A DNA stretch of 62,600 bases, filler included, from Diploschistes diacapsis (GCA_023645945.1; 13 parts of 13 records of this genome joined end to end with filler, not necessarily neighbours in it), one strand, 5' to 3'; positions 1 through 14,761 are shown, numbered from the whole stretch's first letter. The notes: generated from the letters alone by a model not told the origin. Made by a program: numbers and translations.

Positions 1-207
1 TGATTAGTGTAAGAAAATGTTGATGTGGTATCATACCCTGGAGTACTAGGTCCTGGCGCAGCAAGCAAAGCCATCCTCCCTTCCCTCACCCTCCCCCCAA
101 TCCAAGTCTATCGCGTGAAGCATCTATCAAGCTAAAAGAGCTTCGTACGACTCCCTCCACCCCAAACCTCGTCGACTATAATGAGGGCATCAAGCAGCGA
201 AGGACAC

Positions 208-2657
208 CTAAGCCTTTGCTGCCTCAGGCTCGGCTTCGGCCTCCTTTCCCGCCTCGTCGGGGTTGCCGTCTGGCTCCTGTGGCTCTCCGCCGGCGTTCTT
301 GACGTACTCGTCGTAGACAGCAAGAGCTTCCTGGACCTTCTCGCGCAGCTTGTCGTCGTTGTCGATTCTGATGTTCGTTAGCATCGTAGCCTGTGTCCGG
401 TCAAGGATGCCGGAAAAACTCACAACTGGAGGAGCTCGCTGTTGTCCATCTCGAGCAACATGCCAGTAATCTTACCCGCAAGCTTGGGCTGCAGGTTGGC
501 AATTTTAGGGAAGAGTGCTTCGCCAAGAAGTTGCTTCTGAGCCGGAGGCGGTTGGGCCATGATGTACTCGACCGGCGGCCCGCTCATCTGCGGCATACTT
601 CCCTGGGCCATCATCGGAGCCGGGTTCATCGGCTGTGGCCCGCCGCGGCCCTGTTGGAAACCACCCATTTGTCCCTGCTGCATATTCACAGCCATTCCGC
701 CGCCACGGCCGCCTTGACCGGCAAACTGCGGGCGGCCCTCGCGACCCCGTTGACCGCCCATGCCCACTTGCGGCATACCCTGCATGCCTTGCATACCTGA
801 CTGTCCGCGTCCACCACCACCACCACCACCGCCGCCGCCGCCCCGTCCGAATTGAGCAGCTTGTTGTGCTTGGGTCATCTGGTTGAACTGGGCTAGATTT
901 GGAGGGAAAGCGCCTGGACCGGCCTGCTGCATGCTGAAAGGGAATTGTCCGGGCATAGTGAAATTGGAGGGAATGCCCTGCACATTGTTCGGAGCGCTAC
1001 GGCCTGCTTGTTGCTGACCTTGCATAGGGAACTGGCCAGAACGACCGCCTTGGATGCCCGGCATCATCATGGCTGCTTGTTGGTTGAAAGGGACACCACG
1101 GCCGCCAGCGGCAGGCGGAGCGAACCCGCCCTGTTGCCCTGGGCCATAGAACATAGTAGGACCAGCAAATGGTTGCTGCATGCCTGCTGCTGCGGCCGCT
1201 TGCTGCATCCTGACTTGGTTGCGCGCCTGGATGCTTGCTTCAAGCTGACCCTTGCGAACATCCTTGCGCTGCGCCAGTGCAACGTAGAGGGGCTTCTCCT
1301 GAACCATTTTCCCGTGGAACTCTCCCACCGCTTTAGTGGCTTCATCGGGGTTGCTGAAGCACACGAAGCCGAAACCCTTGCTCTTGCCAAGCTTCCTTGT
1401 CTTGGACGTTTCCTTCTTGCCCTCTTCTTCCTTGTCCTCCGACTTGGCCGTCTCGCCCTCCTCGCTCTCGACCTTCTTGTTTTCCTTTTCGTCCTTTTCG
1501 CTCTGATCGTCTCCACGAATATCATCGCGCATGACCTTGGCAGATGTGATGGTCCCTGCGCCCACAAAGATTTCGCGTAGTTTCTCGTCGTCAATGTCAT
1601 CGTGCAAATTCTTGACATAGAGGTTGACGCCCTGGTACTTGGAAGCCTTCTCTACGCGAACAGCCTCGTGTTGCTTGCGAAGTTCTTCCTCACGTTCGTG
1701 CTTCTTCTGCGCTCGCCCAACGTAGAGGTTCTGGCCATGGAAGTCTTTGTCATTAAGTTCATCGACTGCCTTCGAAGCGTCTTCGTGTCTGATGTAGTTG
1801 ACGAACCCGAAACCTTTGCTCTTGCCGGCATCATCTCGAGCGATGGTGGTCGAAGAGACGTCGCCGTACCTTTCGAAGAGCTCGCGGAACTCATCGTCTG
1901 TGACTTCGGACTCGATGTTCTTGACATAGACATTGGTGAAGTTCGCCTTCATCTCCTCGAACTTGCTCTCACGGTCCTTGCGTGCTACATGGTGGCCGAC
2001 GTAGACCTTTTTGTCGTTCAACAACATGCCATTGACATGCTTGATCGCGTTCGTGGCTGACTCGGCGGCCTCGTAGTGAACAAAGCCGTAGCCCTTGGAG
2101 TTACCGAATTCGTCCTGTGCGACCTTGCAGCTAAGAATATTGCCAAAAGCGGCAAAGGTGTCGTGGAGAGCTTTGTTGTCAATAGCAACGTCAAGGTTCT
2201 TGATGAAAACGTTGCCCTGTCCGGTTTTGCGGAGCGCAGGGTCACGCTGCGACCACATGATACGGCAAGGTCTCCCCTTGATCATGGTGTAGTTCAGCTC
2301 TTCCAAAGCCCGCTCGCCATCGGCAGCGTTATTGTAGTTCACGTAGGCATAGCCAAGCGAGCGACGGGTAACAGCATCGCGGCAGACACGGATCGAAGCC
2401 ACTTGGCCTTGGGTAGCGAAAAGCTCGAAAAGCATGGCTTCGGTCACGGAAGGGTCAAGTTCACCAACGTACAGCGATGCCGAATGAGGTTGGTTGGCAC
2501 CGCCAGGCGTGGCCGAGGCGGGTGTCTGTCCCGCATCTTGATCGTTCGTGGGAGGGACACTGGTGTTGATCGTAGTCCCGTTAGCAGGGGCCTTGTCCTC
2601 CAGAGAAAGCTTTTCGAGGGAGGGGACCGAGTTATCGGCAGTGGTCTCAGTCGACAT
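208..2657 (-). CDS. PAB1: Polyadenylate-binding protein (4 RRM + MLLE/PABC); exons 2657-424 and 367-208
   Basis: Motifs [64 protein letters not shown] 56-nt intron (423-368, GTGAGT...GCTAAC...CAG) joins the 745-aa ORF to the C-terminal [16 protein letters not shown]. Confidence 0.97.
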
Positions 2658-3457
2658 TTTGTTCTAGTCCGAGAAACAGCACAAGTCAATTAAGTGACCT
2701 GGAGAGATGTAGAGCTCGGTGGAACAAACCTAGGAGCAGAGGACAAAGAGCTGGACTATTTGGTTGACGATCGGAGTGCTGAAGACTGCTCTAGATGCCA
2801 CACAAAGTGACCGGGCCCAACTTGGGGGTTTTTTTGGAGATTTTCAATTTTTTTTTGCAGGTTTTTGTGGGTTAAGAAGGTAGAACAAAACACAACGCAA
2901 GGAGTTGGGGGGACTTTTTGAGGGCTGGAAGATGTTTGTTGAGTCGTAGTTTTGCAATCACGGAGAGAAGCTGCGACTGAGACTTTTATTTTATTTTATT
3001 TTATATTTTTTATTTTTCAACGTTTTGCGTCTCGTAGTTCTTGGCATGGCAAGAGATAATAATAACCTTGCTGTTAACTGACTGCGCAATTACATAGAGA
3101 CTAAGCTCGGCTTACTTCCGGGTCAGGTCGTTGGCAACAGCTATTCTGATACTTTGTATACAGCTTTTTGTGTTGCTGATGTGGCGGGAGGTTCCTCGAG
3201 GTTCTAAAATTACGGTTTGGCTTTCAGTTCCCCAATATGTGAAAAATTATCTGCTAAATAAGACCTGTTTATTACTCAACTGAAGACGACCGCGCGCTAT
3301 GTCATGTCCATTATCATGCCTTCATGACCGTGTATCCTCCCGACATCCCAGTAGTTCTATCCGCCGATGGCCGTCCATGATGCTCCGAAGCCCATCCAGA
3401 GCGTCAGAGTCCCGGAAGCAGCGATCTATGTACAAAAGTGGTGCTTGCGGCTCCTTC

Positions 3458-6400
3458 CTAGCTGAGGTTGAAACCTGCTCCGGCATTGATCGCGTAAACC
3501 AACTTGTCCTTCAGAACCTGCTTGTCGTTGTAGATTGGAAGTTTTAGGAGATTGACGCACGTGCTCGCACTCGGCAGTCTGGACTGATCGCTTCCGGAAT
3601 CGCGTATACTGAAGCTCGGATGCAACTGATTGAACCCAAGCAGGGGGGCCCGCGGTGTGGACGTAACGTACTTGAGCAGCTTGCGACGATCTTCATCGGA
3701 AATCTCCTCCATGGCCTTCCAGAACAGCTTGATGGTCGGGTGCTCTTCCCCATCGTCCCCAATCACGTATACCCCGCCATACAGCGTGTTCCGTCTCAAG
3801 TCCGCCACGTCAATTTCTGAGGCATCGCCACTAATCAACGTCTGCAACTCTGACTGATTGAACATGGACAGCCACGACGGCTGGATCATGGTGCCTAGAC
3901 CCTTTAGGAACGCACTGGTTTGCGAGTGCGGTCTCACGGTAAGGCGATGTTTTGCAACATAGGATATGTACACAAGACGATTTTCGTTGGTCACGGGCAT
4001 GTTAGCCCCATTCGGACAGAGCTCCCGGGTAATGGTTTGAGGCGGCGAGCCTTTGAACGAGATGGTATCGTTGATGGTGAAGTCCAATCCAAAATCTTCG
4101 ACATTCCCAGCATAGTTCTTAAGTTTCAGCAGCCCCTCATACAAAGCTTCATCGAGATCTCTAAGGTCGTTGATGTTAGCTCGGTAGCCAGATTCCTTAG
4201 TAGCTGATCCCGAACCTCCCGTGAGTGCCCATTTAACAAGGAAGAAAGGTGCGAAGCGAATGTCAATTAGGATGCCTTCGTAAAGGCACTTGCCGACCAC
4301 TCGGCCCAGGAACTCGTATTCACGTAGCTGCTCCCTTATTGGTTCGTTCCAGTCAGCGGAGCGTTCTGAGATCCCAGCTTCCCTAAGAAAATACTTTTGC
4401 TTGTCGATAATCTCTGGATTGGGATACAGCAGATGCTGATCGTTCTCTACGAAAAGCTCCGGACCTCCGTCGGGCATGAAGGCCTCACTTGTGATACTCG
4501 TCAGGAATTCCTTGGTCACTCCGCCGCCGTCAATACCAGCCTCGGGCGTGTCGAATTGATCGACAAAAGTTATTTGAATGGGCTCTTTGAGACCTTCTCC
4601 TAGATCGTAAAATTGCTCGAAAGCATCATGGAAAACGCGATCTCTGCGCACTCTCGCCGACTGTTTCTTCAGATAATTGTCTCTGAGCGCCATGGCACCA
4701 CTGGCAAGCCCTCGTTGCATGACGGACATCCTCCATTGATCGGGATCTATAAGGCCGTTGCGTCTTACCTCTTGGTTTTCCCGCACAAACTCGCGGAAAA
4801 TACGCACTCTCGTCTCAAATGGAATGAAAAAGGGCACATTCTCCAATATGTTCAGACGAGGAATAGTGTCCTCCATTCTCCTGATCCGCGCAGCCTTTTG
4901 TTGCTGTCTTTTCAAGCGCTCTATTCGCCGAACTGCTTGCGTCCTCGAGGTCCCTATGAGTCTGGCTTCTCTATCGTAGCCGTCGAGGGAGTCGTCCACC
5001 ATCGTTTCCTCGTCGTCTTCTTCTTCGTCGTCGTCTTCATGATGTTCACTTTTATGTTTCTGCTCTTCGAGCACGGCGCCAAGGAAGCTAGACATATCAA
5101 AGTCTTCCATCAACCAGTAATCTCGAGGTAGGAAACGGCGACGGGAGCTGTAGGGAGAATGATTAGTCCAAGTCATGCGTTTTGTTCTATGGGTTACTAA
5201 CTCTCTTTCATAGAGCATTCGGAGAAGCCCAGTCACGATGCCTCTCATAGATGTCACTGCAGAAGACTGGATGCCTGGTATGATGAGCAAATCCTGTCTG
5301 TTTGGCTTCGTTTCAGTTAGAGGAGGTGATGGAATATCATTGCTGCTATTGAAGTAACTCTTGAGCCCCCTTGATTCAACGACCTGCTCCTTGCTGTTAA
5401 ACTCCGCGGTATACCAGTACATTGCAAAAGCCAGATTCTTCAGGAACATGATAAGAGCCTTGACGTCGGATAGCGGCAAGGCACTCTGACGGGTCCAAGA
5501 CATGTGATCTGGCATAATGTTTTCCCCAGACATGAATTCCTCATCGTCCATGATTCTCAATCCAAAGGTGTAAAGCTCAAGAAATAACAATACTAGCCAC
5601 CATTCATGCTCGAGATGAGATTTTTCCTGGGTAGATAGCTGTTTCCTTTGCTTATGGCCAAGCAGATCTATGGCATCACGAGATTCCTTGGAAATCCTTT
5701 GGAAGATCTTGGTTCGAGAGACAGCTTGGTAGAAAAATTTTACGGCGGGTAAACGCTCGGAGCCGTGGCGTGTTCCTGACGATTGTGATGCCGATCCCAT
5801 GTACAGCCACATTCGGATCTCATCGCTACGGCGCGGAAACACTTCGAGCAAAGTCAATACGTAACAGGCAAATACCATAGCAGTCTCCGATTGAGGCGGT
5901 GATAGGGTGTTGATGGGATCAAGTGTTTCTGCATGTGCAAGAAGACGAGTGATTCTTTGTTGATCAATCAAGGCCTCGATTTCTTTTAGCACGTAAGGGG
6001 CGAAAGATGCTGAAGCTCCAGAACCTTCCCCACCAAGGCCGACTTTAATGTCGTCAGCAAGGGCAGAAAGCAGAATCGATACGGCCGCAACGTCGTCAAT
6101 CTCAGTGGCATGAGTCGGGGGTTTGATGCCCGCAGAGATACGATGTAAGTGAAGATAATGACCGAGGAGCCAAGGCAGTTTACTATGTGGTAGACGGTCG
6201 GAGAGGTCGTCTCTTGCGACGATTGATCTCAAAGACGAGCTCAATGTGGTAAGATCCACGGCCGTCGCGAGATTATTAAGGTCTAGCTGTTCTTCAAGAC
6301 CGGGTGTTGTCAAGAGACCCAAGAGGAGGCCCTCGTAAGCGAGAGCGAGGTCTCGATTCGAAAGACATCGCTGGAGGGGAGCCTTGAAAAGGTCCAGTAG

Positions 6401-7102
6401 CAATGAGCTCACGCCATGCCGACCTGACGTGTCAAACGCTAATAGTTTGCTCAATGAAGAATAATAGGAGTGGTAGAGATCGGCTAGGTGACCAGCAAAC
6501 AAGAGGACAACCGTATCAAGAAATGTAAGTAAACTCGTAGTAATAGCAAGCTCTTCATCCAGGTTTTGTATTTTTCTCTTGTCGTGAAAATCAAACCACG
6601 ATAGCACCAAGTATGTGAGCCTTGTCAGCGGCCCAGCCCACTCTTCGTCCGAAAGTTTGGCGTTGTAGGTTACATACTCTCTTGTAAAAGAAGATGTATA
6701 GGAGGCGATTCGGTGAAGATCAGTAGGCTCCGTACGTGGATTTGCAAACCGCAGAAGTAGCTTTAAATGTGCTGAAGGTCGAGTATCGTTGCCGCCGCTT
6801 TCGAACCAGCTAATGTGGGAGTGCTGCAAGTCTTCTTGTTCCATATCCCACTTTTGCCTGAGATCCGTCGCGAATCCTCTCCTCGCGCTGTATCCCCTCC
6901 ATCTCCTCTGGATCACCTTGGCCGCCTGTAGCCTTTCCCTCTCTTGTTGTCGAGCCTTTCTCTCTTGCTGAGCTTGAACGACAGCAGCCGGAGAACCTTG
7001 TGGGCCTGTTCTCTGCTGCACAGCGGCAAAGGGATTGCTGTTTCGGCCTGACAGATTGACCTTCCTAGGGCGGCGTGAATTGCCTGTAAACGTTTGAAAC
7101 AT
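3458..7102 (-). CDS. IQ-motif HECT E3 ubiquitin ligase (Hul5/UBE3C-like)
   Basis: N-terminal MFQTFTGNSRRPR (ATG 7102), IQ motif AAKVIQRRWRGY, HECT motifs EAGIDGGGVTKEFL, LLKYVTSTPRAPLLGF, RLPSASTCVNLLKLP. In-frame 54-nt intron 5201-5148 restores LYERDSRR. Confidence 0.93.
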   Translation of the reverse strand: MFQTFTGNSRRPRKVNLSGRNSNPFAAVQQRTGPQGSPAAVVQAQQERKARQQERERLQAAKVIQRRWRGYSARRGFATDLRQKWDMEQEDLQHSHISWFESGGNDTRPSAHLKLLLRFANPRTEPTDLHRIASYTSSFTREYVTYNAKLSDEEWAGPLTRLTYLVLSWFDFHDKRKIQNLDEELAITTSLLTFLDTVVLLFAGHLADLYHSYYSSLSKLLAFDTSGRHGVSSLLLDLFKAPLQRCLSNRDLALAYEGLLLGLLTTPGLEEQLDLNNLATAVDLTTLSSSLRSIVARDDLSDRLPHSKLPWLLGHYLHLHRISAGIKPPTHATEIDDVAAVSILLSALADDIKVGLGGEGSGASASFAPYVLKEIEALIDQQRITRLLAHAETLDPINTLSPPQSETAMVFACYVLTLLEVFPRRSDEIRMWLYMGSASQSSGTRHGSERLPAVKFFYQAVSRTKIFQRISKESRDAIDLLGHKQRKQLSTQEKSHLEHEWWLVLLFLELYTFGLRIMDDEEFMSGENIMPDHMSWTRQSALPLSDVKALIMFLKNLAFAMYWYTAEFNSKEQVVESRGLKSYFNSSNDIPSPPLTETKPNRQDLLIIPGIQSSAVTSMRGIVTGLLRMLYERELVTHRTKRMTWTNHSPYSSRRRFLPRDYWLMEDFDMSSFLGAVLEEQKHKSEHHEDDDEEEDDEETMVDDSLDGYDREARLIGTSRTQAVRRIERLKRQQQKAARIRRMEDTIPRLNILENVPFFIPFETRVRIFREFVRENQEVRRNGLIDPDQWRMSVMQRGLASGAMALRDNYLKKQSARVRRDRVFHDAFEQFYDLGEGLKEPIQITFVDQFDTPEAGIDGGGVTKEFLTSITSEAFMPDGGPELFVENDQHLLYPNPEIIDKQKYFLREAGISERSADWNEPIREQLREYEFLGRVVGKCLYEGILIDIRFAPFFLVKWALTGGSGSATKESGYRANINDLRDLDEALYEGLLKLKNYAGNVEDFGLDFTINDTISFKGSPPQTITRELCPNGANMPVTNENRLVYISYVAKHRLTVRPHSQTSAFLKGLGTMIQPSWLSMFNQSELQTLISGDASEIDVADLRRNTLYGGVYVIGDDGEEHPTIKLFWKAMEEISDEDRRKLLKYVTSTPRAPLLGFNQLHPSFSIRDSGSDQSRLPSASTCVNLLKLPIYNDKQVLKDKLVYAINAGAGFNLS

Positions 7103-8440
7103 CTTCGGTCTATGTACAGATGGCACGAAAAGTTGAGAAAGCTGCTACCGAGGAGCGGTAGCAGTCGAACATCACAGCTAAACTCAAAGCATGAGATGGC
7201 CGAGGACTGTAGGTCTTGCCCATGGAGGTTTAGAAAGGGAAAGAAACGATGCGAATATGTGCTATGGCGAAGCTCTCTCGGAGCGTGCGCGGGAGAGCGC
7301 CGAGGTTATGACGCAGCAAAAGTTGAAGAGTGAAAAGTTCTACTTCTGTAGCTTCTTCTACCCAGGTTCACGATAAACAGCCAACCTGGAAGAGAAGCAA
7401 CTACTTGGGTTATCTCGCTGAATCAGAGCAATAAAGGCATTTTTGGCGTGGTGTAAATTATACAAGATTCGGTCACACCAGGAAGCTCTTCAGGTGAACG
7501 ACAAAGCGAAAGTGGCCATCAAGGGAACTTGTCTTTCCTTTCAAAGCGCAACGCACAATGCTAAAGAGCAGCTTAACAAACGGGACTGTTGCGAAGATGA
7601 ATCTGATATTTAAGCAACGGCTGGGACGTCTCAATTTGCGGACCAAGCCCATCTGCGATCTACTGACAGAAGCCTCCTCGGGCCTCCTCCGTCCTTATCA
7701 GCATCTATAGGCATCACTCTCTACTCTGCGAAATCTGGATATTCAGAGGAGTCCGATCGAAGGATGTGCGATCACGTTGATCATGATGGCCAATTCCTTT
7801 TGTCTCCGGAAAGTCGCCCTCCGCCGCTATATGTACCGCAATTTGGTTGGATATGCAAACTATGTGGCACGCACACAGAATAGCAGAGATCTCGCGACTT
7901 GTCCGTGCGATATGGTCTGACGAGGAAAGAGCGAGGGGAGCCTATGAGGTAGGTTGCTGTTGCTATTGCTACTAGTCTACTGCTGCTGTTGTTGATACCA
8001 ATCACTGTTATATAAGCAGAGGCAAGATGGCTATGGCCAGAGGAAACAAGAGAATATTGGTGGAATCTTAACAACTTTGAGCCGTTCAAATTTCTGTGAG
8101 ATCTAGAGATCACGATCGCTCAAGGCCCAAGTTAAAACTGGCGCCTCTTATCTGTCTGGAACAAGAGTTGCCTCTTCCCACTCCTTGTAAAGGAGCCTAG
8201 AGGGTCCTCGTTGCCTACATGGCATGCTCGAAACAACGCACAATCGTACATGTTCATACATCAGACCACAGATTCTTCCCTCCCTCCAAAGCAAAAAGAC
8301 AAGATAAGCTAATCGAAAGCGGGTTCAGCCTTGGGCGCCAATAGTGTCTATCCCAATCCTTCCTCCAAGCCAGAACCCCGGAACTCCGTTCGCTCTTCGG
8401 GTGGGTTCGATAGGAACTTCTTGCAATAGAATCCGAAATA

Positions 8441-9940
<1,500 letters not shown>

Positions 9941-10865
9941 AGCTGAGACCGACCGAGGATGGAGAAGTTTAGAAGCTGGTCAGTTGAGGTGGACTGAAGG
10001 AGATCGACTGCTCGGTCGTTTGCGCGCAAGTAGTTGGAGTGAGCGGTCAAGGGCTGGAATTTACGAGCGAACATGATGGGGAAGCTCAAAAGTTTTTTGT
10101 CAACCGCCCAGTGACAACGCCAAGCCATCGACCCCAGTTCTGGTGGACTATCTAGGAGTTGCTTCTCCTAAGGTCAGATGGTATTTCTGGGGGTTTTAAG
10201 CAACTTTGCTCAAGTTCATTGCAAGCCTCTACGAAGATGCCCGCGCAAGAGACGCAGATTGCACGGTTTTGGTGTTATCATTAGGAAAATTATGCATTCG
10301 GAAGCTGGATGAAGCTCGCTGATAAGGAGGCAAAATCACGCTGCCTAACCTCCTGCCATCCAAATCATCCAGTGCTGCTGCCCCCGTATCCACCTGCCGC
10401 AAACATGCTAGAACCCGGCAATACGCAGAGCCAACAAAGCTCCTCCAGGACCAACTCGCCTAATGTCTGGAACGACATTGTTTTGGCGAGTGGACGAATG
10501 CCAGCTCCACCACCACTAACCCAGGGGGAGCTTCGTCTAGGAAGCAACCACAACAACCGAAACCCGAGCGATTTGAAGTATCTCCAAAATCGCTATTTCT
10601 CCTCACCCCTCCGGATGAACCCAAACTTTTCAGTATGACAGATCAAGGGTCATCCATCGCTTCTGCTAATATGTTATTCGCTGTGCAAGAGCACAGCTGA
10701 GCGTCTAGGGAACGGAGCACAGGGCAGCTTCCACACCTTCGAATTGATGCGGAAGTAGTACAGTTTGTCAAAGATATGGTCATTGCCTCAAGACGCTCAT
10801 GTGCTTGATGATGCTCTGAGTGGCGAAAGAAAGTCCAAAGGTGTGTGTAATTAGTTGATGCCTTT

Positions 10866-13810
10866 TCAATCCTCCTCGCTCTCTTCACTAGCGTCGTCCC
10901 CACTAGTGTCAGCTTCGTTCCCGGCTGCTTGAGACGCTGCGCACCAGATTAGAGGAGCTGTCGCAAACGTGGTGGCTCTTCAACACTTACAATCTCCGGG
11001 AGAACCAAAGCTAGCTCCCGCCTTCTCTTGAAGCCCACTTAATTTGCCTCGAAGTTCTTCGATTTGCGCCTCTTGCTCCGCCTTGTTCATGGGCTTGTTT
11101 TTCTTGGGACGAGACGCCGTGGTGGCAGCAGAGGATGCCGTTTGTACAACCTTATCCTCTGGCCTAGGGGCGTGCTTCTTTACAAAAGTGAGCAGTTTAT
11201 AGAGAACGTTGTCGTCCAGCTCATCGATATCCAACTCGATCTCCTCCTCTTGAGCTCCCTAAGGTTGTGTTAGAAAACCGACTTCCTTTCAAAGAGGGAC
11301 GACCTTAAGAACACGCCGTGGGAACGCTCACCTTCAAGGCCGGCATGTTATCTCGGATGAGCTGAAGGACTTGGCCGGTTTTGCCCTCGGGAAGTTCGTT
11401 GATGCGATCAGAGATTGCGCGCTTTTCCTCGTAGCTCATAATAGGCACCTTTTGGTGGCTTTTCTTTGCGGTGCTTTTCTTGTTGCTCTTCGGCTGAGCC
11501 TTCTTGGGCTCTTTCTTGGTAGCTTTCGCACCCTTTGACTTCTTCGATCCTGCCGCCGGTGACTTCTTCTTGCCTTTCTTGAGAGTATCGATCTGCTGCG
11601 ATATGGCCATAATCGATTTCTGCAGCTCTGCGATCTGATCGTTATTGTCATCTTCTTCTTCCTCCTCTTGTGCCTCGTCGTCCTCGTCGTCCTCGTCCGC
11701 TTCGGAAAAAGATGGGCTCTGTGCTTCCGAGGTTGGTGCGTGATCGTTGAGCCACTTCGCCTTCTGAGACCACTTCTCGTCAAAAATCTTCTCGTAGTCT
11801 TTGCCGAACCTGTGGATGGCATGGTCCGGAGGATTGAACTTGTAGCAATTCTGGAACATGAGTCGAACGTCTGCTTCGAACTCTTTTGCGTTTTCGTACT
11901 GTCCAGAGTTGAGCTTCACGTCGACGGTACTGATGTCCATGGGGCGTTTGATGACCTTGTGGTAGTTTGGAATATTCAAAGACACGGGATCGACGGGCTG
12001 CTGAAACGGGTAAGAGAAGTGGCTGTACTTGGCCTTCTTCATTTCGTTCAGGACGTCATAACAGAATTTCAGCTCCTGCTGAAACTTCTTCCGCTTGGGC
12101 TTCGAGGCTGAGTAAGGAAGATCTTTGGGAGCTGGTGGATGGATCTCCCTCTTCGGCCGCCCGTCGGCAACGGTCGAGTCTCTCCGTATCAGCGGAACAC
12201 CCGACGGGCCGAGGGCGAACGTAGTCTGCGGCGAGCCTGCTGCTGGTGACTTTGCGTTGCCTAGGGATGACCTCGACTCCCGGCGTGGTGGTGGTTTGGG
12301 TACGGCTGCTTTCTTGGCCTTCTTCTCTGCTGCCGACGGTTCGGCGAATTCCCGAGGGGGAAGCGTAGCGAGATTGCGATCGAACGCGACTCGCAAGTGG
12401 AAAGCATGTTGGGTCACATCATGACTGTCGCCGTTGAAGATGACAGTATTCGTAACGATTTGGTCAAAGTCCCGTGCGTAGTCTGCTATTGTGGTATATC
12501 CATCTTCCTTGAGCTTCTGGTCCATTGTCTTGAGATCCATAGGACGTTTGACGAGGTTAGGATAGTTTGGAATGTTCAGCGCAATGTGATCCACTGGTGC
12601 AGTGAAGTTGGGAGCGTGCTGGCTTTTCTTCATATTTGTAAGACCTCGCTGTAGATGCTTCCGCTGAGGTGCTGTCATAGGAAGATGGAAACTTGGATTG
12701 TCTTCCCTGTCTGCAGGCCGCGGAAGCACGGATTTCCCACTTGGCGCCAGAATGGTGGAAGTAGGCGCCGGAGCTGGCGCATCGGATGCTGTTCTTGACG
12801 TGCGGGTAACATCGGGAGCGCCGCTCATGTGTACATCCTCAGCTGCCGACTGCTGCACTGGCGGATCTGGAACTTTGAATTCCGGCGTTGCCTGCGGATT
12901 TTGCCCCTTTATCCGCTTGCTCGCAGGTTCATTATCACTGATTTCCTCATCACGTGGGCGAGAAACCTTGTACTGAATGGTGGGGGGCTCCTCAACTTCA
13001 GGCTGGTTGTTCGTAACACCGGTTGCAACTAGCGTTGACGTTGGCTCTTCGATCGATGGTAGTAGAGGCTCCCTCGTGGAGGTCTGAATGGCATCGGCTG
13101 GAACGTCCGGCACTTGTTCCTCAGCTGAAGCAGGAGCAGGATGGTGTGGTATTGATGTGTCAAGGCCAGCTTCGACCCTAGTACTCTGAATATCAGAGCC
13201 CTGCGGGGGATTTGTGCGCGTAGGAGGGTCGACATCCATCAAGTCCTCGGAGATCGGAGGCGCATCTGATGCTAACGACCCTTGAATGCGAGCATCGCCG
13301 TCCTCGGCCAGGCCATTAGCTAGCATTGCATCGACCACAAGATCCTGCTGCAGGTTGAGTTCCTTGATTTCGGTCGCCACATCAGCCGATACTAGCTCCG
13401 TCGGTTGACGTAAATCCGAAACAGGTTGCTTGATCGCTGGATCGCTCTCCGAGGGTGGGAGCGGCGATTGCGCTTCTAATAGCTTGGTCTCATGTGGTGC
13501 TTGCGCTTCTGGTTTAGCTATTGTATCCAGCGTCGGAATCGAAGACTTCGCCTCGAGAGTAGGAATAGTATGCAAGGTAGCATCGCTGTTTGAATGTGTT
13601 TTAACGCCATTTACCTCGTGCGCTGCGTTCGCAGTGACGGCAAGAGCGTTGTCCTCGTTGGGTAAATCTGCGGGAACAGTTGTAGGAGCAACCGAGTCCC
13701 CAAACCCAGGATCTGGAATTTTGCTGTCGCTTGGTGAGTATTCTTCGTGCGCCTCAAAACGGGGGGGTAAGGTTCATATAGAGAACTCACCTGGCTGTGT
13801 CTGGCTCCAT
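10866..13810 (-). CDS. BDF1: BET-family double-bromodomain + ET-domain protein; exons 13810-13791, 13723-11332, 11258-10991, 10936-10866
   Basis: Two bromodomains (PVDHIALNIPNYPNLVKRPMDL; PVDPVSLNIPNYHKVIKRPMD..NCYKFNPP) and an ET domain (MSYEEKRAISDRINELP..EIELDIDELD). Three introns with canonical donor/branch/acceptor give one reading frame ending SEESEED*. Confidence 0.93.
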
Positions 13811-14577
13811 GTTGATTTGGCGGAGTGTGAAGTGGGTGACTGTGTGTAATCAGACTTTGTCTGTCAGTTTTGACCAGTTGCAGAAGGGTACCACTTCAGA
13901 TTACCCATCGATGACTTCCCGATTACGATGAATCTGCCTCGAATGTTTCCGCTCAGTGGTATCGCTCCAAGTGATAATAGGATGATTCCACGTTTTTAAA
14001 TTTGAAAAGCAAAACAGAAAGGAGCAAGCGTAAATGTTGATTCTGAAAAGAGCGTGAGTCACAGGTTCTGTGTTATCGCTTGATGTTCTGACAAACAACA
14101 GCTTGAATGAGAACTTGTTCAGCGGTTGTATCTAGAGTGTTCGTATCTCCCAAAGGGGAAACCTCTGAATAGCTTCAAAACCCCAGAGTCCGTGTGCGTG
14201 TGCCAAGAAAGGCGATTTGCCAAGAAGCACCGGCAAAAGACCCTTGAGCAATCTTTAGCCACACCAAAACCAAACAGCCCACCCCAGCGGCTATCGAGGG
14301 GTACCACGACGGTAGCGTTTCCCGTGAGAAGCGTGCTTTAAATGGCTATCCGATAAAAGAATATATGGCCGGGTGTTTCTAGAACCGTTGCGCAAAAAGA
14401 AGGTTGACAAGTTGCGGGGGAGGGGGGCCAATTAATGGTGATCAATTAATTGGTGGGCGCAACAACAGGAGTGGATGGATGAAGAGGAAGAGGGATAGGG
14501 ATGATAGGGATGCACAGGTGCATAAAAACCGTGGATGGACGAAAACGAGTAGGCATAAATAAATAGTGCGAGTGGAA

Positions 14578-14761
14578 TTAGTAGTAGTAGTAGTTGTAGT
14601 AGTAGTTAGTAGTAGTAGTAATAGCAGTAGGTTCAGGTTGACAGCTAGGAGGGGGTAGGGTAGTGGTAGTGGTGGTGGCGGTGGTGGCGGCGGTGGTGGC
14701 GACGGTGGTGATAGTCGTGGTCGTTGTTGGCCGTGGTTGTGGTTGTGGTTGTGGTTGTGGT
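14578..14761. repeat. Compound microsatellite: (TAG)n, (GGT/GGC)n, (GGTTGT)n
   Basis: Trinucleotide and hexanucleotide tracts directly visible upstream of BDF1. Confidence 0.85.
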
